Assembly (NCBI GenBank): GCA_020137815.1
Contig: CM035352.1
Coordinates: 3,658,001 to 3,722,000, forward strand
Direction of reading: 5' to 3'
Length of the DNA stretch: 64,000 nucleotides
Source: Hormiphora californensis
Taxonomy: Eukaryota > Animalia > Ctenophora
The notes under the pieces are model-generated. The model was not told the origin of the DNA, made no database searches, and saw nothing but the letters and a program-made list of their open reading frames with translations. This document shows, piece by piece, positions 1-30,853 of the stretch (its first letter is position 1; every line of letters starts with the position of its first letter). A program made the position numbers and the translations under genes.

Positions 1-52
1 CAAAAATTCCCGTCAACCACTGTAATTGACTCTTCTCACCAAAATTCAAATC

Positions 53-269
53 ATACCAAAACTAATTGAAATTAGTAAGTCGGAAAGGTTGCCCTATTAA
101 TTGAGCTACCTTTGCCAATAGTTTATTCCTTTTTGAACAATGAACATAAAAAAATCATCTGTACCGTTCCGTATACCGTGAATGTAAAAGCAAAAGCAAC
201 TGGTGGCAAAGTTAGCTCAAATAATAGGGCAACCTTTCCGACCCACTAATTTCAATTAGTTTTGGTATA
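53..269. mobile_element. Non-autonomous inverted-repeat element; terminus related to the 23.3-27.3 kb hairpin units
   Basis: ~65-bp imperfect inverted repeats: taccaaaactaattgaaattagt..ggaaaggttgccc and gggcaacctttcc..actaatttcaattagttttggta. Confidence 0.7.
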
Positions 270-313
270 ATATTAGTACCTATATATTACATCAACTGCA
301 ACTTAAAACTAAA

Positions 314-570
314 GTCGGACTTTTTGAAGTTGTCACCCCCCCCCCCCCTTTTCACACGTGGCGTCGTAGTTGCACACGACAGCCCCCACTTCCTCTCACT
401 TTTCAGCAAAAAGCTGCATATCATCGAAAGAGCATAATTTTGTGAGTCCTAAAAAATTTTGTTTCACGAAATTGGTCAAGAAACAGAGGCGTGAGAGCCA
501 AAACAAGTTTCCGGTGCACAAATAAAAACTCGCACGCCACCCAGGGGGGTGACAACTTCAAAAAATCCGA
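314..570. mobile_element. MITE-like element
   Basis: Inverted repeats tcggactttttgaagttgtcacccccc / gggggtgacaacttcaaaaaatccga. A solo end recurs at ~4506-4532. Confidence 0.6.
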
Positions 571-720
571 ATTTATTTATTCTGTGGCGATGCCACAGCC
601 CCATAAGCCACCGTGTCTTGCTGACTAATATGGGATACATCACTCATGTTGCTGGTATTGGTGAAGTTCTCGGTAAACAATTAAAGAAAATCACGCCATA
701 CAATTTAGCGGCTAATTGAC

Positions 721-2841
721 CTGTAGAGATGGTCTCCAGAAGCTTGACAATGTTTTCCTCGTGAATTTTCTTGCTCTCTCCCTCTTCCATCTTATGAATC
801 TCGAATTTCTCCAGGAAATCATCCATCTGGTCCTCACGCTTCTTCAGCTCTTTGTACTTTTTAGCCTGACACAGTGTCACAATTGAAGGAAAATACATTG
901 TATTACATATAGGTATTTCACTATTTCAACAAAACGTCACCTTTTGTCTCTGAACCCACAAATAAATTAAAATGATGTCACCGCTTTTAATGCAACAACC
1001 GGGAGGGGGGGGGGAAGACATCATACTACTTACTAAGCAAATTGTGTAACGGTGATCACCTAGCAACTACACTAAGTACAAGTCTTGCACGTGCAATTAT
1101 TAGAGAGACCTGGAGATCTCTCTCCCGGTTTCAGTTGGATACCAAGGGGAAATTCAATTCTGCACGTGCATTGTTTTACTTCTGTCCTGAATCCTGATGT
1201 CTAGCTCTTCCACCCCAGACGCTATTCGGCAACGTTTATCTAGGTCCAGGAGAACTGCTGCTGTCAGAGACTATAACAGATTACGCCAACGTGTTCAAGT
1301 GAGCAATCAACGACTACGGATAGCTTTACCCAAAGTCGCCCAAGGGTGATTACTCCAGTCGAATATAGAAATCTCTGAATTGGCTACATAGCGGCCAAGT
1401 TTTCACGTGATGAGTTTCTGGAACAGCACTGCACCTCCATGACATTGATCTCTTAAATTCGCACCTCGACATTGTCAGGAAGCCCAGAGCGTACACCAAC
1501 ATGAGTAGGGAGAAAGTGAGAGATAGGCTAGGAACGGATGGTGCAGGTGATGTCAGCATTCCCTAATCCAGCTATCATTTCCCCGAAATTCGCCCGTAGG
1601 GCGAACGGGCCTACTAGTTTCTACAATGCAAAGACAGTGGGACACCCTGTATTACCTCATGAGAGTCCTGATCGACAAGGCTATCCTCACATCTTGTTAT
1701 CTCCTCCTGACAGTGCTCCACCTTCCCCTTCAGCTCCCTTATCTGGTTCTCAAATCCTGCTATCTCAAGATTATCCTCCTTCACCTGTTTTAGGTGTTTC
1801 GCTTTCTCTTCCTCCGGAGAGAGCTGGGCTTCAGTTGCAATCTCTGCAAAATGTTTGGTTAGGATGTTATAGTCAGAGAGAAGTAAATTGAAAAAGAGTT
1901 TTGATCTACCTTCCTTCAGCGAATCCCTCTTGTCAAGTAGCTCATGTATTCTCTGATTTAATTCAAATGCCCGCTGTTTCAGAGGGTTTGAGTCCATCTC
2001 TGCTTTGAATGTTGCCTCCTTGTCCATTAGGCTATCCATCTGATGAAATATAGACAGTTGTGTGTTATAGAAATCAATAACCGACGAACAAACGGTTCAT
2101 GTGTAAGAAACTAGGGAATGAACATACCTCCGCTTGCAGGTCCTCAGCCTTCTGCTGTAGATTAAAGTTAGACTCTTTCATCTGCATGTAACGAGTTTGC
2201 GTCTCATAATCAAGTTCTTGGAGAAGGGAGTTGGTGGCCTCCCTTTGTCTCTTGATCTCAGCATCGATCTGAGTCACCTGACTCTCTTTCTCCCTTTTAT
2301 CACCAAACAGGATCTCCAATGCCTTGCTGTCCCTGTTGTTCTGGGCTTGTAACTGGGCACAATCATCTGAAATATCATCCACATCCGTGTTTGTGTTTAT
2401 CTTGTCGATTAGAAGGTTGTAGTCAGCTAGCTCTCCCTGTCGATCTTTCAGTTCTTGTGCAAGCTTCTCTGCTCTCCTTTCAAATGTTAGATAGGTAGCA
2501 TTTTCTGCATTCAGTGCACCACTTTCTCGATCCATTCGAGCAATTTCATCCTTCAGTTCCTTCACCTTTCCTCGAAGAAGCCCAGAAAAATAGCTAGCAT
2601 CTTGAACCTGACGTTGGGGTCCGAGAGATCCAGTTCTCACCCCAGAGAGGCCCTGTTGAGTCATTGGTCTATCCGCCACTGTTACTGTGCTAGCTAGAGC
2701 CCCAGTCCCAGGAGCGACACCCGACTTTGTTCCAGGGCGGGCGGTTCCCAACCTAGCACCTGTAGGGGGTCGTTGAAGAGAAGTTCCAAGCCGACCACCC
2801 TTCGACATTGGCCGAGCAGCTGTAGTTAGTCTTTTGGACAT
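721..2841 (-). CDS. IFT74: Intraflagellar transport protein 74 (5' part; gene continues past the window start)
   Basis: Exons 2841-2128, 2039-1910, 1843-1656 and 865-721 join in frame at GT-AG junctions. N-terminal R-P-x-S/T repeats, 'VADRPMTQQGLSG..GPQRQVQDASYFSGLLR', 'QGELADYNLLIDK' and 'KKYKELKKREDQMDDFL' are IFT74-like, followed by coiled coil. Confidence 0.93.
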
Positions 2842-3655
2842 TATCTAAATAAAAAGTCGTTTGATAATAGTATTTGTGAACTAATGACTCTGAAACTCGG
2901 GGGGGAAGCTAGGATGTGGGGAATGAGGCCGCCTCATTCGGCACTCTTGAGGCGTCCTAGACATTTCCTTGGCATAGGAGCGTACTGGGGACCGGGAAGT
3001 GGGGACCCGGGACTACAGCGTATGCTAAAACGTTTCCTTTTTCAAAAAAGGAAAACGCTTTTAAAGTTTTCAGGAATCGCAAGATTTTGAATGGTCCATC
3101 GCTGTATACTGCAGAAAATGCATTAAAATGTAACGCGCGGAGCCAATTGATCAATAGCGCTGTCGCATCAGCTTTTTCTCGCGCGCATTCGTTTTTTCAA
3201 TTGAAAATCGGCTCATTTTTCACTTTTTTTGTTTGTTTTTGACGATTTTTTCACTTTTTGACAAGTTTTCGGGTTTTCCCATTATCGTCTCTTCTCTCGT
3301 CATTAAAGTGGGTCCTGGACCCACCGGGGCCAGCGTTTAAATCTGGGTGTTTCGTGAGTGCTGACAAACGGTTCTTCAGGGTTAGGGCTAAAGTCTGTCA
3401 GAGCATTGGCCTGACCCATTCTCGTTTCGGAGCGCGTGAGAACTGTGGTCAGAGCATTGGCCTGACAGGCTAAAGTAGGGTTAGGGTTTGGGTTGGGGTT
3501 AGGCCTTGACATTTTCTGCCAAGAGGCGCCTCGGAAATGTTCAAGTCATGCACATCCATGTCACGCCCACCATGGCGCAGACTAGCCAGCAGCCTTTGCC
3601 AAAAGCTTGCATCAGGCGTCTACTTCCGGTTTTATCCAAGCCCAGGGCGAGAGAA

Positions 3656-3807
3656 ATGAGGGGCCTCGGAAATGTTCAAGTCACGCACATTCAAGTCACG
3701 ACCACCAATCACAGCTCAGAACAGCTTTCGTGATCCGTGCGTTCTGAGCTGTGATTGGTGGTCGTGACTTGAATGTGCATGACTTGAACATTTCCGAGGC
3801 CCCTCAT
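3656..3807. mobile_element. ~150-bp fold-back MITE between the IFT74 and RhoGEF starts
   Basis: ~67-bp arms ATGAGGGGCCTCGGAAATGTTCAAGTC...GACTTGAACATTTCCGAGGCCCCTCAT. A partial third arm lies at ~3528-3570. Confidence 0.7.
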
Positions 3808-3949
3808 GACCCAATTGATCAACTAACATCTTCTCGTAACGATCATAAAAACAGTAACATAGGTATTATAATAGATAATGTTTTAGTGTTATATAGCTAC
3901 TCAAAACTGGGAAAGACATGATCGCATTGAAGCTAGCGATCAAGTTTTA

Positions 3950-21889
<17,940 letters not shown>

Positions 21890-23293
21890 AGTGGATCGGA
21901 AACTGATATTGATATTTATAGTTGTCGACATTTCGGAAGTCATGCCGCATGCGGCGTACAACCAAACATTTTGATATGCCAATGATATATCAGAAATAAA
22001 ATTTAAATAAGACCTGTACAAAAAATGTAAATGAAACTCTCTTTATCCGCTATCTGATCCCTGACTTTATGATCTGAGACTTCATGTTTGTTAAATGTTT
22101 TATTCTTTAATTTTCATTGTCACAGTTGTAAACTACTGCGTTTTTATAGATTCATTTCTCCCAAACCTGAACAAATCCCGGTCATGATCATCCCACCAAT
22201 AGCTCTCTCATTTTTATGGTTTTCCACTAATAACACCACTGCTTATTTCACCCTGATCTAGCAATGAACTTGGAACTGTCGTGCCACTGCCCAGTGCCCA
22301 CTGTTATATCAATGCCAATCTCGCCAAGGATTTATCCAGAAGTACAGACACTCAATTGATGCATGTTTAATTGGTGATCGGTCTTTGAGTTACCAATGGA
22401 CCAAGATCTTTATGTACAGGTAAGATCATTATAGGCAGTATGCTATCATCGACCGTACAGTCTCTCAAGAGTTGTTGAGTTGCAACTCACGAGCTTCTCT
22501 GTGGAGCTGTCAGGGCGTCTGGCGCCGCGACCCCATCTGAGCGCACTGTCGTGAGAATCAAATGGGGTATGGCGCGGCGCCATACAGGTCTCTCACGAGC
22601 TGTTGAGTAACCCTTTAGTTTTACTCACGAGTTTTCTGGCGGGGCCGACCCGATCTGAGCGCACTGTCAAAACGACCAACGGGGTCCGGCTCCATCCAGA
22701 GGAAACTGCACAACAGGGGGTCACCAATTCAATACCAATTCCATACCAATGCTGGTATCAAAATGTCCGTATTGAATTGGGGGGCTGTCTCTGACATCGG
22801 TTGTCGCGGGTCAGGCTATTCCCGGCCAATGATCTGATATATTTGAGGTAGGTTTGGGTGCATGGGGATTTAGTCCCGATTTACAGTGCTGCTTGTAGTC
22901 AAATTACCGTAATGAAAATACAGTAAGGAGACGCGCACGGTGCATAACGCGCGGCAAAAAGTTCATGTGTCAGCACGTACTAGCGCCCTGATTGGTCACG
23001 GTTGCGCGTCGTCTTACTGTATCTTTCGTTTTCCATTACCGTTTTCCCACTACAAGCGACCGTGTTAGTTCGCAGTTTCGTATCGCTTTTGATAGCAGCT
23101 GCTATCACGACTTGGTAGCGAAGGTATAGCGCGACGTGCCCAATATTACGACTCACAGAGTCACAGTTTCATTTGAGCGGGGGGGGGGGGGGGGCCAACG
23201 AATTTTTTATATATTTCCTTAATTTTGGAATTTTTTATATATATATAAAAATATATAAAAATATATAAAAATATATAAAAATATATAAAGTTA

Positions 23294-25060
23294 TTTAGAG
23301 CAAAAACTAATTTAAATTAGTTCGCCAGAAAGGTGGCCCATTTTGAACTTACTCCTTCATTTCCGTCACCTTTGAGTTGAGGCTTTAAAGACATTGAGGT
23401 ATCCGTAAACTTTTACGCCTTCAACTCAAAGGTGACAGAAATGAAGGAGTAAGTTCAAAATGGGCCACCTTTCTGGCGAACTAATTTAAATTAGTTTTTG
23501 CTCTAAATTTGTACTCTTTTTTGGTAGTTTGAGGTCATTTATGACCTCAAACAACTAAGCTAATTGTCAACTAAAGTGTTCAAATGTAATTCAAATGTAT
23601 CCTGGGTTGTAGGAAACTGGTTTGACGAAATTTTCAAAATTCGACGTCGTTTTGACGTCGTGACGTCACACGTGACGTCACGACGACGTAAAAAATTATG
23701 ACAGACTATTTGGCCAATGAAGCACTAAACGTGTGGAAAGTGTTAAAGGCCATGGTAGTCAAGAACTGAAGTTATTGCACGAATTGTGAGTTTTTATGTG
23801 GATTTTTACATCAAATTTTTGAGTTCCGACGCGTTTTAAGGTCTGAAAATGACAAGTTAGAGAAAATCACTATATTGTATCTGAAAGTTCAGACAATTTG
23901 CCACTAACGATTTGTCGTCAAATCAGGAATTGGAAAATGTCTTGAGGGTGCTAGAGGTGTTTGAAAATATTTGGTCTGAGATTTTTCAATGACGTCACTT
24001 TGTGACGTCATTACGCCCGTCATAGTGGACATTTTCACTTGAAACCTTAACTAATGCATGGCCCGAACGATTTACTAACTGGATAAAACTTGGTTCAAGT
24101 CTCTAGCTAGTATGGTTCGGGCTACAAGTGTTACACAGTGAAGCGTCTATAGCTATATATCTATCTATATATCTATCTATTAGAGCAAAAACTAATTGAA
24201 ATTAGTTCGCCAGAAAGGTGGCCCATTTTGAACTTACTCCTTCATTTCCGTCACCTTTTGAGTTGAGGCTTCAAAGACATTGAGGTATCCGTAAACTTTT
24301 CCGCCTTCAACTCAAAGGTGACGGAAATGAAGGAGTAAGTTCAAAATGGGCCACCTTTCTGGCGAACTAATTTCAATTAGTTTTTGCTCTAAATTTGTAC
24401 TCTTTTTTTGGTCGTTTGAGGTCATTTATGACCTCAAACAACTAAGATAATTGTCAACTAAAGTGTTCAAATGTAATTCAAATGTATCCTGGGTTGTAGG
24501 AAACTGATTTGACGAAATTTTCAAAATTCGACGTCGTTTTGACGTCGTGACGTCACATGTGACGTCACGACGACGTAAAAAATTATGACAGACTATTCGG
24601 CCAATGAAGCACTAAACGTGTGAAAAGTTTTAAAGGCCATGGTAGTCAAGAACTGAAGTTATTGCACGAAATGTGAGTTTTTATGTGGATTTTCACATCA
24701 AATTTTTGAGTTCCGACGCGTTTTTAAGGTCTAAAAATTACAAGTTAGAGAAATTCGCTATATAGTATCTGAAAGTTCAGACAATTTGCCTACGTCAAAT
24801 CAGGAATCAGAATACGTCTTGAGGGTGTTAGAGGCGTTTGAAAATATTTGGTCTGATATTTTTCAATGACGTCACTTTGTGACGTCACTACGGTCCGTCA
24901 TAGTCGACATTTTCACTCGAAACCTTAACTAATGCATGCCCCGAACGATTTCCTAACGGATAAAACTCAGGTTCAAGTCTCTAGCTAGCATGGTTCGGGC
25001 TACAAGTGTTACACAGTGAAGCGTCTATATATATCTATATATCTATATATCTATATATAT
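23294..25060. mobile_element. Two tandem ~885-bp units, each headed by a ~210-bp palindrome and ending in a TA/TCTA microsatellite (Helentron/HINE-like); third unit at ~27068-27940
   Basis: Units ~23294-24180 and ~24181-25060 are near-identical. Palindrome tagagcaaaaactaat...attagtttttgctcta. Confidence 0.65.
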
Positions 25061-28000
25061 ACCTATCGCCACACTGAATTTTCTGTTTTGGGGGTGGTAT
25101 CATAACTTCGCGACCTGAATGAGCTAGCTACTTGAAATTTTTACCGTCAGTAGAGGTCTATGTGAAGCTTCTTAGTACAAAATTTCAGCCTTCTAGCTCA
25201 TCTGGTTCCGGAGTTAGGAGGGGTCGAAAAGTGCCAAAATGGGCTAAAACTTCAAAATTGTTATATCTACGCTGTTGGCAAGCGGGCCCACTTTTTTGGG
25301 AAAAGTTTTAGGGAGGAGGGGATGGGGCCACCTTTGCGCTTGCCAGCGCAGTGATCTATATACCTATCGCCACACTGAATTTTCTGTTTTGGGGGTGGTG
25401 TCATAACTTGCGACCGGAATGAGCTAGCTACTTGAAATTTTTACCGTCAGTAGAGGTCTATGTGAAGCTTCTTAGTACCAAATTTCAGCCTCCTAGCTCA
25501 TCTGGTTCCGGAGTTAGGAGGGGTCGAAAAGTGCCAAAATGGGCTAAAACTTCAAAATTGTTATATCTACGCTGTTGGCAAGCGGGCCCACTTTTTCGGG
25601 AAAAGTTTTAGGGGGGAGGGGATGGGGCCACCTTTGCGCTTGCCAGCGCAGTGATATAAATAATATATAAAAATATATAAAAATATATAAAAATATATCA
25701 AATAAACCCTTTTTTCACCCCTTTTACTTTCAAAAAAGGGGATTATTTCCATCTATTGTTCACTTGAATATGTTTCATAGAGTTAATTTAAGTGTTTGAG
25801 AGGGTGATAGCTGTTTTACATAATTGAGAATGTGTTCAAAAGTGAATTATGCACTGTCAAAAGTAGAACTGGTGAAGAGAGGTTCCGGCCTAATAATATC
25901 TACCCGTTTTGGTGTGATTTTAATCATTTTTAGTATGTTGATCCGTGCAGATGTACTAGAACTGGTGAAGAGAGTTTGGGATCGCGAAACTAAAAAACAA
26001 ATCATTTTTGACGTCATTTTGACGTCATGACGTTATTGACGCGACGTCACGATGTTACAAACGTCACATTGATGACGGAAAATCATCAGGATTATCTAGA
26101 TGAAGATGCTGACCAAGTTTGAGATCAATTGAATGATATTTGATCCCGCTATGGCGAAAAACAGCTTTCTGTTTTCACACTTTCGGCACAATTTTTTATA
26201 TATTTTTATATATTTTTTATATATTTTTATATATTTTTATATATTCATATGTATTTTTATATATTTTTATATATTTTATATATATATAAAAAATTATGTT
26301 TTTTTTCCCAAAAAAAAGGTATATAAAATATATAAAAATATATAAAAAATGAGCGTTGGCCCCCCCCCCCCATTTGAGCTCAAATGAAACTGTGACTCTG
26401 TAGGTCGTAGTACTCAATTGAGTGTGTAACAGCTTCAATGTAACATATTTCTATATGCCTGAGAAGTGAGAAAAGTGTCTCGCAAGGCCGCAGGAAAAGA
26501 TTTCGGTCAGTTGGCATAGCAACGTGCTATCAATCTAGTGCTTATTTATGACCGCATGCATTACCGAAACCGTTTTATTTGTTGAAAACAGTTCTCTCAC
26601 TACAACGACTTAGTAATTTTCCGGCAACAGGTGCTTATCATTGAGCATATGCATCATCATGCTCATTGTTTTATATAGCCGGGCAGAATAATAGCGTACA
26701 GGTATAATATTTTACTAATTTATCTTTGTTTTACTATTTTCCTAGTCCTCTCTTTTCCTTTGTCTTCTTGCCTATCTTTCTTTCTTTTGCCACTAACGAT
26801 TTGTCGTCAAATCAGGAATTGGAAAATGTCTTGAGGGTGCTAGAGGTGTTTGAAAATATTTGGTCTGAGATTTTTCAATGACGTCACTTTGTGACGTCAT
26901 TACGCCCGTCATAGTGGACATTTTCACTTGAAACCTTAACTAATGCATGGCCCGAACGATTTCCTAATGGATAAAACTTGGTTCAAGTCTCTAGCTAGTA
27001 TGGTTCGGGCTACAAGTGTTACACAGTGAAGCGTCTATATCTATATATATATCTATCTATATATCTATTTAGAGCAAAAACTAATTGAAATTAGTTCGCC
27101 AGAAAGGTGGCCCATTTTAAACTTACTCCTTCATTTCCGTCACCTTTGAGTTGAGGCTTCAAAGACATTGAGGTATCCGTAAACTTTTCCGCCTTCAACT
27201 CAAAGGTGACGGAAATGAAGGAGTAAGTTTAAAATGGGCCACCTTTCTGGCGAACTAATTTCAATTAGTTTTTGCTCTAAATTTGTACTCTTTTTTTGGT
27301 CGTTTGAGGTCATTTATGACCTCAAACAACTAAGATAATTGTCAACTAAAGTGTTCAAATGTAATTAAAATGTATCCTGGGTTGTAGGAAACTGATTTGA
27401 CGAAATTTTCAAAATTCGACGTCGTTTTGACGTCGTGACGTCACATGTGACGTCACGACGACGTAAAAAATTATGACAGACTATTTGGCCAATGAAGCAC
27501 TAAACGTGTGAAAAGTTTTAAAGGCCATGGTAGTCAAGAACTGAAGTTATTGCACGAAATGTGAGTTTTTATGTGGATTTTCACATCAAATTTTTGAGTT
27601 CCGACGCGTTTTAAGGTCTAAAAATTACAAGTTAGAGAAATTCGCTATATAGTATCTGAAAGTTCAGACAATTTGCCGTCAAATCAGGAATCAGAATACG
27701 TCTTGAGGGTGTTAGAGGCGTTTGAAAATATTTGGTCTGATATTTTTCAATGACGTCACTTTGTGACGTCACTACGCCCGTCATAGTCGACATTTTCACT
27801 CGAAACCTTAACTAATGCATGCCCCGAACGATTTGCTAACGGATAAAACTCAGTTCAAGTTTCTAGCTAGCATGGTTCGGGCTACAAGTGTTACACAGTG
27901 AAGCGTCTATATATATCTATATATCTATATATCTATATATATACCTATCGCCACACTGAATTTTCTGTTTTGGGGGTGGTATCATAACTCGCGACCTGAA

Positions 28001-29675
28001 TGAGTTAGCTACTTGAAATTTTTACCGTCAGTAGAGGTCTATGTGAAGCTTCTTAGTACAAAATTTCAGCCTTCTAGCTCATCTGGTTCCGGAGTTAGGA
28101 GGGGTCGAAAAGTGCCAAAATGGGCTAAAACTTCAAAATTGTTATATCTACGCTGTTGGCAAGCGGGCCCACTTTTTCGGGAAAAGTTTTAGGGGGGAGG
28201 GGATGGGGCCACCTTTGCGCTTGCCAGCGCAGTGATATACCTATCGCCACACTGAATTTTCTGTTTTGGGGGTGGTGTCATAACTTGCGACCAGAATGAG
28301 CTAGCTACTTGAAATTTTTATCGTCAGTAGAGGTCTATGTGAAGCTTCTTAGTACCAAATTTCAGCCTCCTAGCTCATCTGGTTCCGGAGTTATGAGGGG
28401 TCGAAAAGTGCCAAAATGGGCTAAAACTTCAAAATTGTTATATCTACGCTGTTGGCAAGCAGGCCCACTTTTTCGGGAAAAGTTTTAGGGGGGAGGGGAT
28501 GGGGCCACCTTTGCGCTTGCCAGCGCAGTGATTAATATAAATAATATATAAAAATATATAAAAATATATAAAAATATATCAAATAAACCCTTTTTTCACC
28601 CCTTTTACTTTCAAAAAAGGGGATTATTTCCATCTATTGTTCACTTGAATATGTTTCATAGAGTTAATTTAAGTGTTTGAGAGGGTGATAGCTGTTTTAC
28701 ATAATTGAGAATGTGTTCAAAAGTGAATTATGCACTGTCAAAAGTAGAACTGGTGAAGAGAGGTTCCGGCCTAATAATATCTACCCGTTTTGGTGTGATT
28801 TTAATCATTTTTAGTATGTTGATCCGTGCAGATGTACTAGAACTGGTGAAGAGAGTTTGGGATCGCGAAACTAAAAAACAAATCATTTTTGACGTCATTT
28901 TGACGTCATGACGTTATTGACGCGACGTCACGATGTTACAAACGTCACATTGATGACGGAAAATCATCAGGATTATCTAGATGAAGATGCTGACCAAGTT
29001 TGAGATCAATTGAATGATATTTGATCCCGCTATGGCGAAAAACAGCTTTCTGTTTTCACACTTTCGGCACAATTTTTTATATATTTTTATATATTTTTTA
29101 TATATTTTTATATATTTTTATATATTCATATGTATTTTTATATATTTTTATATATTTTATATATATATAAAAAATTATGTTTTTTTTTCCCAAAAAAAAG
29201 GTATATAAAATATATAAAAATATATAAAAAATGAGCGTTGGCCCCCCCCCCCCCCCCATTTGAGCTCAAATGAGACTGTGACTCTCTAAGTCGTAATACT
29301 CAATGAAGTGTGTAACAGCTTCAGTGTAACATATTTCTATATGCCTGAGAAGTGAGAAAAGTGTCTCGCAAGGCCGCAAGAAAAGATTTCGGTCAGTTGG
29401 CATAGCAACGTGCTATCAATCTAGTGCTTATTTATGACCGCATGCATTACCGAAACCGTTTTATTTGTTGAAAACAGTTCTCTCACTACAACGACTTAGT
29501 AATTTTCCGGCAACAGGTGCTTATCATTGAGCATCTGCATCATCGTGTTCATTGTTTTATATAGCCGGGCAGAATAATAGCTCATACGCGTACAGGATAT
29601 AATATTTACTAATTTATCTTTGTTTTACTATTTTCCTAGTCCTCTCTTTTCCTTTGTCTTCTTGCCTATCTTTCT
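23898..29675. repeat. ~2.88-kb tandem segmental duplication (~23898-26786 vs ~26787-29675)
   Basis: Identical spurious ORFs at 25824 and 28705 (offset 2881). Junction at ...ctttctttctttt|gccactaacgatttg. Confidence 0.9.
25060..25655. mobile_element. Two tandem ~298-bp Helitron-like units (repeated at ~27942-28532)
   Basis: tacctatcgccacactgaa...gggccacctttgcgcttgccagcgcagtga occurs twice, with a 3' hairpin and internal ttgaaattt/aaatttcag inverted motifs. Confidence 0.6.
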
Positions 29676-29924
29676 CTTCTTCCTCTCTCTCTGGCCTTCT
29701 CTCCGAAGGTGTTGAAGTCAATTGTTGGCGTATAAGAAATACTAATTTCCCCGCTTTATCTTTGAGTGGACAAGCACGTGACAAGCACGAAGTTGTCGCA
29801 CGCCCTATGCAATTTATATTCTATACAGATCTCGTATCCTGAAGCTTCGATCCACTTTTGTTTCACGTTTTATTATTTTCATTTTTGTGTTGTTCCACTT
29901 TCATGCCTTCTTCTCTACAAATTA

Positions 29925-30839
29925 TTAGGTTGTCCAGTAAAGATTTTCGTTTGGCTTTTATGGGAAAACGTTTTGAGATAGAGCAAAATGGACTTGACCA
30001 CCGTTTTTCTCACGCGATTTTAGATCGGAATACTATGCCTGATATCGATATATGGCTGTTCTCGGTTCCCACCAGGCTATTTTCTCTACCCCACTCTTGT
30101 TGCCGCTGTATATGGAAAATCACGATTTTCGAGTTTTAGTACTAAAGCTGCTGTACCGGAGTGAAAATGGTACCGGAGTGATGTTTTTTTGCATCAATCT
30201 TGTTCATTGGACAATTACCTATCGTTCAAGATGTAATAAAACATCATATCTTTATTTTGTCACTGAGCAATGGGCCTTCAAAAAGTTTTGGTCAAAATTA
30301 GAAACTTTCACTTCCGGGTCTCATCAGGATTGGTTTATAATCAAAACCTCTGCAGTAAAAGATAGTTCTAAGTCAGTCCTAAGACTTAGTGAACCCAATT
30401 ATGTGATTGGTTGACTTAAAAAGTGATTTATTGGCGTTTTCGAACACACCCGTAAAGCAGGCCCCATTTTTTTGCGCTTTTTCGCTTTTTTATGTTACAT
30501 TAACTGTTCTAGAGGTTATAAGTCAACGCGTAAAGACTAAAATCGCATACATATCTCATCCTTAGACTATTTGCTATCGATTGAGCACCACGGGAGCTAA
30601 AAATACTGTACCAGTTTTCTTAGGGTAGCTTTTAAAAAACTTTGGTAATCCCGAACAGCAGCAACAATAGTGGGGTAGAGAAAATAGCCTGCTGAGACCC
30701 CAGAACGTTCATATACCGATATCAGGCATGATATTTCGATCCAAAATCGCGTGAGAAAAACGGTGGTGAAGTCCATTTTGCTCTATCTCAAAACATTTTC
30801 CCATAAAAGCCAAACGAAAATCTTTACTGGACAACCTAA
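29925..30839. mobile_element. Mariner-like non-autonomous element with ~180-bp TIRs
   Basis: TA|TTAGGTTGTCCAGTAAAGATTTTCGTTTGGC...GCCAAACGAAAATCTTTACTGGACAACCTAA|TA. Confidence 0.88.
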
Positions 30840-30853
30840 TACTATTCCCAGAT

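Larger units (their letters stand above)
23156..26400. mobile_element. TIR element carrying tandem Helitron/Helentron-like units; right end duplicated again at ~29286
   Basis: CAGAGTCACAGTTTCATTTGAGC..G(n)CCAACG at the left and CGTTGGC(n)..GCTCAAATGAAACTGTGACTCTG at the right, with atatataaaa subterminal repeats. Confidence 0.75.

Noticed and set aside
1100-1560. Coding-looking sequence within an IFT74 intron
   Set aside because: Frames are interrupted by stops or too short, with no recognisable motif.
3378-3503. Telomere-like TTAGGG repeats
   Set aside because: Only a few degenerate units inside an interspersed repeat related to 39341-39524; not a telomere.
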